In this document: piece after piece, positions 28,123 to 37,359 of the stretch | Layout: each line of letters starts with the position of its first letter | Position numbering within the stretch: position 1 is the stretch's first letter | Position numbers and translations under genes: made by a program | Notes under the pieces: model-generated | The model's input: only the letters and a program-made list of their open reading frames with translations | What the model was told of the DNA's origin: nothing | Database searches by the model: none | From: Sedimentisphaerales bacterium | GTDB lineage: Bacteria > Planctomycetota > Phycisphaerae > Sedimentisphaerales > Anaerobacaceae | Direction: 5' to 3' | Length of the DNA: 64,000 nt | Assembly: GCA_963708075.1 (NCBI GenBank) | Contig: OY970194.1 | Location: 1,504,001 to 1,568,000 of the forward strand

Positions 28123-30221
28123 CAACAACGACTGGAAACGACTCCAATCTCGGTCCCTACAAAGGGCCTGACAGCTACGAGATACGCGATGCCCTGCTTT
28201 TCCAGGGTCGTGAGCGGGAGGCTCGCGATCTGGTTTCGCTTGTCCTGTCCGCACGGCTGTCCTTGCTCCACGCCGCCTCGGGGGCCGGCAAGACATCGCT
28301 CCTGAACGCCCGCGTGCAGCCCGGTCTTGCCGCACTGGGCTGGCTTCCGATCCGCGTGCGTCCCGGCTTCAACCCGGTTGAAGCCATCAAGGTCGAGACG
28401 CTCAAGCGAGTCTTCGTCTGTCCAGTGCTCGAAGTCCAGGCCGTGGAGCGAGCCCGCCATGAGCTTGGTCTCGCGGACGATGTGTATCTGGGTGATCTGC
28501 TGTGCAGGTACCGCGAACTCCCTGTCTCCGACGACCGCAAGCGCACACTGCTCGAACCGCTTCCGAGCCCTGTTCAAGGCTTCGGCAAGATCTCGCCGTT
28601 CTGCTGTGCATGGCTCCAGGAAATCATCGACGACGCCACGTTCGCCGATTACATACAAGCCGTCCTCGCCGAGAGTAGCGGACTCGACGGCAGGATCGGC
28701 GGCGACACGACGCTGGACGCGTTTGTGAAGTTGCTCTCAAGCCCGGAAGCCGACCGGTGCTACCGCACTGTGCTTGCGAAAGTGAACGTCCCCGCGATTG
28801 GGCTGGCGCCCTTCTTCGACAATCTCTTCGCCGTACATGGGAGTCGGCCGCCGAAGCTCTCCCTGGTGCTGATCCTCGATCAGTTCGAGGAGTTGTTCAC
28901 CCGCTTCACGGACCCCGGGCCGCCGCCGCCGGACGCGCCGGAAGAGCTGCTCAGGAGGCGTCGCGAGCAACCGGATTGGCGACTGCGGCTGCGCTTTTTC
29001 GAAGAGCTTGAACAGATCTACCGCAGCGGAGGATCATGTGAACGCAGCTCGAACAGCGTCCTGCCCATCCGGTATCTGATTTCGCTGCGCGATGACTACA
29101 TCGCAAAACTCGATCCATTGCGGAGGTTCGTTCCCGAACTCGATCGGTCAGCGTATCACCTGGAGATGCTCGGCCGGCAAGAGGCAGCCCTGGCGATCCG
29201 CGAGCCGGCAGACCAATACGGCTACCGATACTCCAACGAGCTCTTTCAGCGGATCATTGAAGAGCTCACGCGGGAGGGACGTTACATCGAACCCGCCCAC
29301 CTCCAGATGGTCTGTGACAAGCTCTGGCGGGAGAGCGGCCGCGAGCTCTCCCGGAGAGCATATACCGATGGCTCGAACGCCGGCGAGATGTCTGTGACCG
29401 TGTTGAACGATCTACAGGGGACGCAGGGTATCTTCGATTCCGTGCTGACCGACTTTCTGAACGCCAATCTCGCGAGCGACGCTCAGCGGAATGAGGCCAT
29501 CGAGCTTCTGGAACCCCTCATCACATGCAGCTACACGCGAAACATCGTGGAGCGGGATAGTCTGGTCCACGCGCCCTTGAAGGACGCCGGGCTGCGCGCC
29601 GAGATTCTGGAGAAGCTCGAACGCGGGCGGATCGTCCGCGTGGAGACCCGCAACGACGGCTACTTCGTCGAAATCACCCACGAGTTCCTCATCCCTGCGA
29701 TCATGAAGCGCACGCGTGCCTTGCGATCCAATGCACAGCACGCTCACCGGAGCACTGCCATCCTCAGCATGTCCCGCCTGAGGGACAGGAATCTGACCGG
29801 CAGAACCTCCAACCTGCTATCGGAGCGCGAGTACGAGGCCCTCGATGAGGTCAGGGAGGGCCTCAAGTGGCCGGACTGGGGCATCGAGGTCATGCTGCGC
29901 AGCGCGATGGGTGTCGGCGGAGGCCCCGAGGCCATCCTCTACTGGGCGAATCGTTTCGAAACCGAGTGCAGCGTGCCGCCGATCGACGACCTGCGCGAGC
30001 GCATGAAGAGTCTGGCCTCAGATGAGTGTTGGCTTAACCTCGAGGAGTTGGCGCTCCTGCTTGCCCATGACCGGAAAGCCCCGGACGCAACGCTGCCGAG
30101 GCGGGACTGGTCCGACAAGGAACTTGACCTGATCCTGCGCAGCATTCTTACGGGAGCCGATGAAACCCGCGAGGCAGACGTCATCCACTGGACATTGCGA
30201 CATGGAGACACGCATGCGTGA
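28119..30221 (+). CDS. nSTAND1-like P-loop NTPase
   Basis: PYKGPDSY...FQGRERE, Walker A AASGAGKTSLLNA, Walker B LILDQFEELFT, ISLRDDY, PAHLQMVCDKLW, VEITHEFL; ATGA overlap with upstream stop. Confidence 0.9.
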   Translation: MTTTTGNDSNLGPYKGPDSYEIRDALLFQGREREARDLVSLVLSARLSLLHAASGAGKTSLLNARVQPGLAALGWLPIRVRPGFNPVEAIKVETLKRVFVCPVLEVQAVERARHELGLADDVYLGDLLCRYRELPVSDDRKRTLLEPLPSPVQGFGKISPFCCAWLQEIIDDATFADYIQAVLAESSGLDGRIGGDTTLDAFVKLLSSPEADRCYRTVLAKVNVPAIGLAPFFDNLFAVHGSRPPKLSLVLILDQFEELFTRFTDPGPPPPDAPEELLRRRREQPDWRLRLRFFEELEQIYRSGGSCERSSNSVLPIRYLISLRDDYIAKLDPLRRFVPELDRSAYHLEMLGRQEAALAIREPADQYGYRYSNELFQRIIEELTREGRYIEPAHLQMVCDKLWRESGRELSRRAYTDGSNAGEMSVTVLNDLQGTQGIFDSVLTDFLNANLASDAQRNEAIELLEPLITCSYTRNIVERDSLVHAPLKDAGLRAEILEKLERGRIVRVETRNDGYFVEITHEFLIPAIMKRTRALRSNAQHAHRSTAILSMSRLRDRNLTGRTSNLLSEREYEALDEVREGLKWPDWGIEVMLRSAMGVGGGPEAILYWANRFETECSVPPIDDLRERMKSLASDECWLNLEELALLLAHDRKAPDATLPRRDWSDKELDLILRSILTGADETREADVIHWTLRHGDTHA

Positions 30222-32155
30222 CACACTGGCCCTGATCGAGGAATTTCTAAGTTCATCGCAAGCTACGCACATCCGCTGTAACGCGAGCACCGCGCTTGGG
30301 CGCTCTCCTCTGACCCTGCTGCGGATCATCGCGACCGCAGCAAGGCCAGTATGGAACGGCTGGCCCTCATCGCGGTAAGCGATCCGTCCAGGGAGGTGCG
30401 CGACCATGCGGTCGACATCCTCCGCCGCGCCGCTGCCGGCAACCGTGCGCCGGAGGTGGTGCAGGCGGCCGTGGAGAAGCTGAACGAGACAACAAAGCCT
30501 GACGTGCGGCGCCGCGTCTACTCGCTGCTTGGCCAACTGCGAGCAGAGGGTATCACAGGGGCCCCAAGCGGTTCTCGGGGCTTCACTCCGGCGGCTGAGA
30601 ATGATTGCCTCGATCAAGTGCCTCCCGGACGCGGAAGTGAAACAGAGCTTCCAGTGGCGCCCTATATGGCTGGCGGCTGCCGGCACGCTGCCGGGCGCCT
30701 TTGTTCTCGCTCTCCTGGCGTTCCTCTTCGCTGCTCCGCTGACGTCGGAGGTGGTGCCCGCGCTGCTCATTTTTTCGCCGCTCGTGGGTGCGGGTTCTCA
30801 GCCTTGTCGCTACGCAACAAGCCATCCCCATAGGACTGCACTACGACCGTCTTGCCGGCGGCCTGATGGCAATTGTCCGCGCCGTCATGTGGTCGGTCCT
30901 GCCTTCCTTTCTTCTGGCGGCATTCATGTTTTCTGAGGCCCCCTCTTCCGCTCGCGTGTTTCCTGTCTGTCTCGCCAGTGCCTTGACGCTACCCATCGTG
31001 CTGGCTTCGGTGAAACTCGGGTCACTTCTCGCTCACGGGATCACGGCAAGGCCGTGGATAGCCTTGGGTGTACATGCCGCATCGGGTACCGCAGTCGGAC
31101 TCATCACTACCCTCGCTCTCGCCTGGCGATACCCTTCTCTCACAGACGAGACGGACTGGCCAGAAGTGATCTACTTGTGCTGGGCGATCCTGAGCCCCGC
31201 GATCGTGGGTCTGGCCGTGGCCTTCGCCGATATTGAGAGTCGGTCCGTACCACCACGGCGCGGCGCGGGCTGGGCGCGCACCTCGGTCGTCGTTTTGTCC
31301 GGCCTGGTCTGCGCGTACCTCCTCATCAAGCCCATCGGGCTCCGCCTCATGGAGCCCGTCCCGAGAGAGGACCTCTCCACAGTTCTAGCCGGGCGGCCAA
31401 TGCGCCCCATCGAAACAAGATTCGACCGGATGCTCAGCACTGACTCCGTACAGATCCTGGTCAGCGACAAGGGCTTTCCGCTCCACCGTCTGGATGCGAA
31501 TAGAGAGCCGACCGTGCGCTCGACGGGCCCCGAGAAAGGCAGGAACTTGGTGCCAGTGCACAGACTGTCCATGGGCAGGGTCTTCTGGCTACTGCAACCG
31601 GGTCGCTACCTGCTGCGCCTGACCAGCGCATCCGGCACAACGGATCTCACGGATCTGTTCCCGAGGCTATCCAATCCAACGGCATCCAGTGATTACATTA
31701 GAGCCATCTCGCTGACGCTGAATCCTCTTGGCGCCCAGGAGATAAGCCGAAATCCGGAGGTCTCACCCCGCGAGGCAGATCCCAATGGAACTACAGTCGT
31801 GGTATGGAAAACCAACCCCAAGAGGTTGCCTCTCGATGTCTCGTTCGAAGTCAGCCTCCCGCGGCAGGATATCTATGTCAGTCTATCGGATCCCGATCCC
31901 GAAGGCTACACCTCGCGCCTACTAAGGGTGACGCTGCTGGACAGCCAGAAACGCGACGTTGCCAACCGGACCGACCCGCCCTCGTTTGCACGCAGACTCT
32001 CGGAACCGGGCAAGTACAACCTCGTAACTGATTTCTCTGATTCCACCTACCGGTATGTGCCAGACTTCCCGACCGAACTGATCCTTATTCTTGGCGTCGA
32101 CGAGGCAACTCTGCAACTGCTGGAGGCCGCGATAGAGGGACGGTCGGCACGATAG
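30214..32155 (+). CDS. HEAT-like repeat plus multi-TM membrane protein with C-terminal soluble domain (three apparent frameshifts)
   Basis: Contiguous ORF pieces 30214-, 30351-, 30529-, 30788-32155 joined by single-base shifts; DPSREVRDHAVDIL and PDVRRRVYSLLG HEAT-like units; roughly 8 hydrophobic segments; GGAG RBS and ATGCGTGA overlap. Confidence 0.7.
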
Positions 32156-32220
32156 CAGAGCAGCGCGGCCCTGACGCCCTTTTCGATGATTCGCGCGGTT
32201 CGTGGTTTCGCTTTGGCCCT

Positions 32221-32350
32221 GATCATCTTGGATGACATCACTTCTGATATGGGCGCCGCATTGTTGACAGGCGGTGACGATAATGGTACTCTCTCCACCG
32301 GAATCGTGCCGTCCGTCGTAAGATCGCCGACGGCACGAGGCGCTCAAACT
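32221..32350 (+). repeat. Diverged direct repeat, right copy; contains a TTGACA-17-TACTCT promoter-like site
   Basis: Similarity to 25062-25190; ttgaca ggcggtgacgataatgg tactct upstream of the beta-barrel gene. Confidence 0.8.
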
Positions 32351-32369
32351 GGGGTCGGGGAGATGCATC

Positions 32370-33113
32370 ATGATGAAGAGGAGCACGCTTGCCGGTGGGT
32401 TGGTCGTGTTGTTCATGTCTGGCGCCGTGTACGCCCTGGATCCGCTGGGGCCTCCCAAGGCCATTGTCGGCCGAAACAACTGGAGCCTGGGCGTCGACTA
32501 CGCCTTCAGCGACACGGACTCGGAGTTGAGCAACGTCGTCTTCGACGGCGCGCCTGTGCGCGATCTCCCAAGCAAGGGGTTCAAAGCCAACAGGGCATAT
32601 GCAACTCCGCGATATGGAGTGCTGGACAACCTTGACATATTTGGACGGATCGGGGCTATCGCTTTGGTGGAGTCCCCTATTTTGAGGCTTGAACCCTTCG
32701 TTGGGGATGTCGGATTAGCGTGGGGCTTCGGAGCGGCGATGACGCTCTATGATTCCGACCGGCTCGACTGGGGTGTCGTCGCACAATGGAGCCGGAGTCG
32801 AACCGAGGAAGACCAGTTTGGCATCACCGCGCATATTCACAGGGAGTTGGAGGTTGACTCGCTTCAGATCGCCACGGGCCCAACGTATCAGATCCGGGAG
32901 GACTTGGATCTCTACGGCGGAGGCTTCTATCATGCCCTCGATGGCGAATTCGAGGACCCATTGGCCCAGTTCGACATGGAGGAGGACAACTCCCTTGGCG
33001 GATTTGCGGGTCTGGACTGGGCGGTCAAGGAGGACGTTCACTGGTTTCTGGAGGCGCAGAGCACCGGCTCCGCTTCTGCCGCAGCGACCGGCCTCAAATG
33101 GCTCTTCCGATAA
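32370..33113 (+). CDS. Outer membrane beta-barrel protein
   Basis: Signal peptide, alternating beta-strand pattern, C-terminal GLKWLF. Confidence 0.8.
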   Translation: MMKRSTLAGGLVVLFMSGAVYALDPLGPPKAIVGRNNWSLGVDYAFSDTDSELSNVVFDGAPVRDLPSKGFKANRAYATPRYGVLDNLDIFGRIGAIALVESPILRLEPFVGDVGLAWGFGAAMTLYDSDRLDWGVVAQWSRSRTEEDQFGITAHIHRELEVDSLQIATGPTYQIREDLDLYGGGFYHALDGEFEDPLAQFDMEEDNSLGGFAGLDWAVKEDVHWFLEAQSTGSASAAATGLKWLFR

Positions 33114-33191
33114 ACCCGGCCCGCCCGGTCAGGACGATAGTCGGCCGACCTTCCGCTGGCGGCTCGTGTCGGGAGCAAAACGGGATGGTCT

Positions 33192-33270
33192 GGGTGCCAT
33201 GCTTACGCTCGCGTGAGCATGCCTTGCTCATCGAGTGGAACATGTCTATGCAAGCGTAGACATGGCACCC
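33192..33270 (-). repeat. REPIN-like 79 bp element, copy 2 (inverted)
   Basis: Reverse complement matches 18165-18243 with few mismatches. Confidence 0.9.
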
Positions 33271-33300
33271 GCTGCCCGGAATTCTGAGATCGTGGGGAAA

Positions 33301-33744
33301 CTACAGGTCGTGGAATTGAGTACGATGCCCGCAGGCATCCAGCAGGCGGGGCTGTTCGACGGCGCTCGGTTTCAGTTTGTCGGATGCGGCGACGCGGTGC
33401 AGGACGTAGCGGTAGGCCCGGCGGGCGAGGAATTTCGGGATTCGGTACTCCGCGGCGATGCACTTGATGAGGACATCCTCGGTCTGGCCCTCGGAGAGCT
33501 TGCGGCGAAGATCGTCGAGGGAGCGGACCTGCCGGAGACCCCGGTACACGGATCGCAGCTTCAGGAGCGTGAGAATCGGCCCGACGACGGGCCAATAGCC
33601 GAGCGGCCATCCGATGATGAAGACGATGAGCAGGGCATACTGGTTCCGCGGGCCATGGAAGAGAAGGTAGTAGACGGCCAGCGGCACGGTCGTGACGAGG
33701 CCGATCACCCAAATAATCGCGGCAAGGATGCCGTAGCGGATCAC
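33301..33744 (-). CDS. Small hypothetical membrane protein
   Basis: Two N-terminal TM segments; GAAGGGGG RBS before GTG. Confidence 0.65.
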   Translation of the reverse strand: MIRYGILAAIIWVIGLVTTVPLAVYYLLFHGPRNQYALLIVFIIGWPLGYWPVVGPILTLLKLRSVYRGLRQVRSLDDLRRKLSEGQTEDVLIKCIAAEYRIPKFLARRAYRYVLHRVAASDKLKPSAVEQPRLLDACGHRTQFHDL

Positions 33745-33895
33745 AGATGTCCCCCTTCGAATTCCAGTCTCTCAACACTGCGCGCTTCGCGTCCCCGGCG
33801 AGCGTTTGACCGCGGCCGGAAGCCGGGCGTGCGGCTATTTTCTCTTGCCCTTGCCAGCCGGTTTGGCCTTGCCCGCGTCAGGCTTGGCCGCAGGC

Positions 33896-34852
33896 TTATT
33901 GGCACTGCTGCCTGTGGTGGCGCTGCCGGGCGCATTGCTGCCGGGCTTGACGGTGTTGCCGCCGGAGCTCGCGCTGGGCTTGTCGGTACTGGCATCCGCT
34001 TTGCCGGTCGGCTTGCCAGTGGAGGACGACGAGGACGGGGTCGTGGTCGGAGGCTACGGGCTCATCTACGATGACCACCTCCTTGACCTGCCAGGGGTCG
34101 CAGCGGCGCACGAGGACGTAGTCGATCTTCGAGCGGGGCGCGACAGTGTCGAGCCAGCCATTTTCGAGCAGGACACTCATGGGCTCGCTGCCGGGACGGG
34201 CGTTGAAATCGCCGGCGAGGATGACGGGATAGTCGTGCTGCGCGGTCAGCGAGACGTTGCCTCGCTGGGCTTGCGATGACTCCTCGGCCGCCGGGTCCGG
34301 GAACAGCTCGCTGATGCGCCGAGTCTGCTGGATGCGGGTCTCCTCGTTCTGGTGGCACAGGTGCGTGCCGACAAAGGCAAGGGGCGGAAGGCCGGCAGGC
34401 TTGATCAGAACCTCCAAAGCCGCTCGCGGCTCCTGGCCCACCTGATACGGCAGCGGATGGATGGCGGTCTTTTCTATCGGGAATCGGGAGAGGATCGCCT
34501 CGCCGTAGCGGCCGCCCTGGTACGGCATGGCCTGACCAAACACGTGACGCATTCTGCAGAGCTTGCCCAGAAGCACCGCCTGATCGGCGCCGGAGACTCG
34601 CTCTGTCCCGTGGTCCACTTCCTGCAGGGCGACAATGTCCGGGGACAGGTCGTTGATGACCTTCGCGAGCCGGCGGTAGTCGAATCTCTCGTCCGTTCCT
34701 TCGCCGTGGTGGATGTTGTAGGTCAGCACACGAAGCGTCTTCGGGGACTGCGGCGTGACCGATCCGGCTTGGCAACCCGCCAGCGCGATCAGCCATGCCC
34801 CGATCACCACCGACACGACAAATACCCTTCGCTGACATCTCGGACCCATCAT
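33896..34852 (-). CDS. Endonuclease/exonuclease/phosphatase family protein (probable lipoprotein)
   Basis: LRVLTYNIHHG, DIVALQEVD, GTHL, ILAGDFNA, IDYV, ASDHDPV; LAGC lipobox. Confidence 0.92.
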   Translation of the reverse strand: MMGPRCQRRVFVVSVVIGAWLIALAGCQAGSVTPQSPKTLRVLTYNIHHGEGTDERFDYRRLAKVINDLSPDIVALQEVDHGTERVSGADQAVLLGKLCRMRHVFGQAMPYQGGRYGEAILSRFPIEKTAIHPLPYQVGQEPRAALEVLIKPAGLPPLAFVGTHLCHQNEETRIQQTRRISELFPDPAAEESSQAQRGNVSLTAQHDYPVILAGDFNARPGSEPMSVLLENGWLDTVAPRSKIDYVLVRRCDPWQVKEVVIVDEPVASDHDPVLVVLHWQADRQSGCQYRQAQRELRRQHRQARQQCARQRHHRQQCQ

Positions 34853-34875
34853 TTCTCCTAAGAAACCAACTGATT

Positions 34876-34954
34876 GGGTGCCATGTCTACGCTTGCGCAG
34901 ACATGTTCCACTCGATGGGTAAGGCATGCTTACGCGAGCGTAAGCATGGCACCC
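34876..34954 (+). repeat. REPIN-like 79 bp element, copy 3
   Basis: Matches copy 1; similarity extends into flanks (34855-35020 versus 18144-18310). Confidence 0.9.
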
Positions 34955-35023
34955 AAACCATCCCTTTTTGTCCCGACAACGACTGTGCAGCGGCTTGGTG
35001 ATTCACAATGACGTAAGGGAGTC

Positions 35024-35452
35024 TCAACCCTGCCGATGGTACGTGCCGTCCGCGCGGCGGCGCTCGGATTTTTCGCTGATCACCGTGCCCTCGCGCATGT
35101 CGAGGCCGATTCGCTCGACCAGCGTCTTGATGTAGTCCAGGTGCGGGCAAGGCGGGGAGTGGTAGTTGTCCTTGCACACGCAGGACGACAACTGCACAAC
35201 GACCTGCTCTTTCCTGATCCCCTCCTTCTTCGCGGCGGTCTTCAGGAACTTGGCGAGCTTGCGGTGCGTCGCCCTGCCGCAACATCCGCCGCACGTGATG
35301 CTGACGTACCGATAGGATTTATCCTTCGGATACTCGGCAAAGCCCCCGGTCCGCTCATGCAGGGCCTTTTCGCATAGATACCCCGGGCACCGCTGCTTGA
35401 CAATCTCGCACTGCACTATGACGACGTATTCTTTCCCGGCCAGATCCACCAT
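35024..35452 (-). CDS. CGGC domain protein (putative metal/Fe-S binding)
   Basis: IVQC, CPGYLC, TCGGCCG, LSSC, PPCPH motifs. Confidence 0.88.
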   Translation of the reverse strand: MVDLAGKEYVVIVQCEIVKQRCPGYLCEKALHERTGGFAEYPKDKSYRYVSITCGGCCGRATHRKLAKFLKTAAKKEGIRKEQVVVQLSSCVCKDNYHSPPCPHLDYIKTLVERIGLDMREGTVISEKSERRRADGTYHRQG

Positions 35453-35598
35453 CTTCAGCACTCCAACAGCCTCCCCCACCCGCCATAGAGTACAAACCAG
35501 CCCAGCCACCGTCAAGTCGCAGCGCAGCTCACCGCCTGCCCGGGTGCGGCCGGCAGCCGGTGGCGGATTCGAGCCGCGTTGCCGATCTTTCCCGGCGA

Positions 35599-36915
35599 TC
35601 AATACGAGCGGGCTATGTCATGGCCATGGTATGCGACCCGCGGCCGAGGCCGCAGCATGGTGTTGGCGCCCGCGGCAGGCTTGCGGCATTGGCTTTGTTT
35701 CGCAGGGTTCGCTCCGTTTGTAGTGACGCCGCCCGGCGTTCCTTTCGATGCCTCTGCGGTCACATGGCGAGCGGACGCGGCGGCCTCCATTGGCCTTGTT
35801 TGGCTGTCATTCCCTTGCAGCGGAACCTGCATCGTGGGCTCGGCAGACGCAGGATGAGCCGCACGTTGCCCATGCGATTCGGCCGTCGCCGCCAATTGGC
35901 TTTGTTTCGCATCGCCGTCCCCGTTGGTAGTGACGCCGCAAGGCGTTTCCGGGGGAGTATCGAGTTTCAAGTGTGACGTTTGAGGTGCAGGCTCGCCGCC
36001 GGGCGCTTCACACCTGGCACTGGGAGCCTCGTTCGATGCTCCTGCGGGCACACTACAAACGGACCCGGCCGCCTCCATTGGCTTTGTTTCGCACGATGGT
36101 TCGTCCTCCGACGCCGGGCCGGCCCCGCTTGACACTTCCTGCTCCGAGTGGCTTTGTTTCACAGTTTCGCAGGGTGGACTGTGCCCGCCTTCCGCCGTCA
36201 CAGATTGGGTTTGTTTCACATCGCCGTCCCCGTTCGTCGTGACGCCGCAAGGCGTTTCCGGTGATGCTGTTGCGGGCACACTACAAGCGGACTCACCTGC
36301 CTCTATTGGCTTTGTTTTGCACGGCGAGTTTGTCGGATCGGCGGGTTCGCCCTCGCAGGTCGGGAGGTGCCCGCCCTCTTGCTCTCGCAGCCGCTGCAGC
36401 TTGTGCAGATCGTTCAGGGTCCTGGACAAGCTGGCCTCGATCCGCCGCTCGTGAAGCATCAGGCGGTCCAGCACCTTCGCCTGGAGGCAGTCCCGCACGA
36501 CCACCCGGCCCACCAATAGACGCGGGTCGGTGTCCGGATCGCTCTGCATCTGCTCGATATCCTCCTCGGACACGAACTCGTCGAACTCCTCCAGGGACTC
36601 GGTGATCTCCCGCGTCAGCAGGTAGTCGAGGGCGACATTTTGCAGACGCTGGGCCCGCTGCAGCCGCCAGGAGAGGCTGACGATCCGCTCGGCAAACAGG
36701 GTTTCCATCTCCCCGAGCGGGGCCAGTTCCCCGAGCAGCCTGCGGCGCAGGAGCTCGAACTGCCGGGGGTCTTCCCCCGGGATGACATCCTGATGGGCCC
36801 CAAAGCCATGCTTGAGGGCGTTCTGGGCCACGATGGCCTTGCCCTGCTTGGTGCGGGGCCCGGTGGACTTTGAGGCATTGCGACGATTGGCGGCGACTCG
36901 TGCTTCACTGGTCAT
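35599..36915 (-). CDS. Hypothetical protein of the ANRRNAxKSTGP family with repeat-derived C-terminal tail
   Basis: MTSEARVAANRRNASKSTGPRTKQGKAIVAQNALKHG; C-terminal repeats CETKP/AKQSQ/TPCGVTTN. Confidence 0.8.
   Translation of the reverse strand: MTSEARVAANRRNASKSTGPRTKQGKAIVAQNALKHGFGAHQDVIPGEDPRQFELLRRRLLGELAPLGEMETLFAERIVSLSWRLQRAQRLQNVALDYLLTREITESLEEFDEFVSEEDIEQMQSDPDTDPRLLVGRVVVRDCLQAKVLDRLMLHERRIEASLSRTLNDLHKLQRLREQEGGHLPTCEGEPADPTNSPCKTKPIEAGESACSVPATASPETPCGVTTNGDGDVKQTQSVTAEGGHSPPCETVKQSHSEQEVSSGAGPASEDEPSCETKPMEAAGSVCSVPAGASNEAPSARCEAPGGEPAPQTSHLKLDTPPETPCGVTTNGDGDAKQSQLAATAESHGQRAAHPASAEPTMQVPLQGNDSQTRPMEAAASARHVTAEASKGTPGGVTTNGANPAKQSQCRKPAAGANTMLRPRPRVAYHGHDIARSY
35689..36323. 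repeat. Seven copies of TTGGCTTTGTTTCGCA-like motif within three composite units
   Basis: Copies at about 35689, 35790, 35896, 36078, 36149, 36205, 36306. Confidence 0.85.
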
Positions 36916-37359
36916 GGGAAGCCCTCCGAAGAATGTACGATTTAGGATTTATGATTTATGATTGGGCGTGGCCTCCAGGCCGATCTGGGCGCTCCGGCGC
37001 CCGGTGAGACTTGGTCGTCAGACCATATATAGAGACGCAGCCGCAGGGTCAAATGTTGCATGAATTTCTGTTACATACGCACAATACTTATAACTGGCGG
37101 TGGCAAAAGGACTTACGGCCTCGGATTTTGTTCGTGACGGGAGAGCGACAGGAAGAGTGCCGATCGGCCGGTCGACAGCGATGTATAAGTCCTTGTGGCG
37201 TAATGCCTTAGAGACTCTAACGGAATGAGCCCATTATGTCACCCCCGCGCAGGGCAAGCTTCGCGGGAATGACATATGGGCGCCATTGCCACGTCTTCAT
37301 TCTCGTGGAGCCCCTGAGGCTGTAGGATGGGCTTTAGCCCATGCGGATGATGGCGACCG

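Noticed and set aside
28119..32155. NTPase and membrane protein as one fused gene split by error
   Set aside because: The second ORF has its own GGAG RBS and an overlapping ATG...TGA junction typical of coupled genes; not fully excluded given nearby indels
35689..36323. CRISPR array
   Set aside because: Repeats are only about 16 nt, spacing is irregular, the intervening sequences are related to each other, and there are no cas genes in the window
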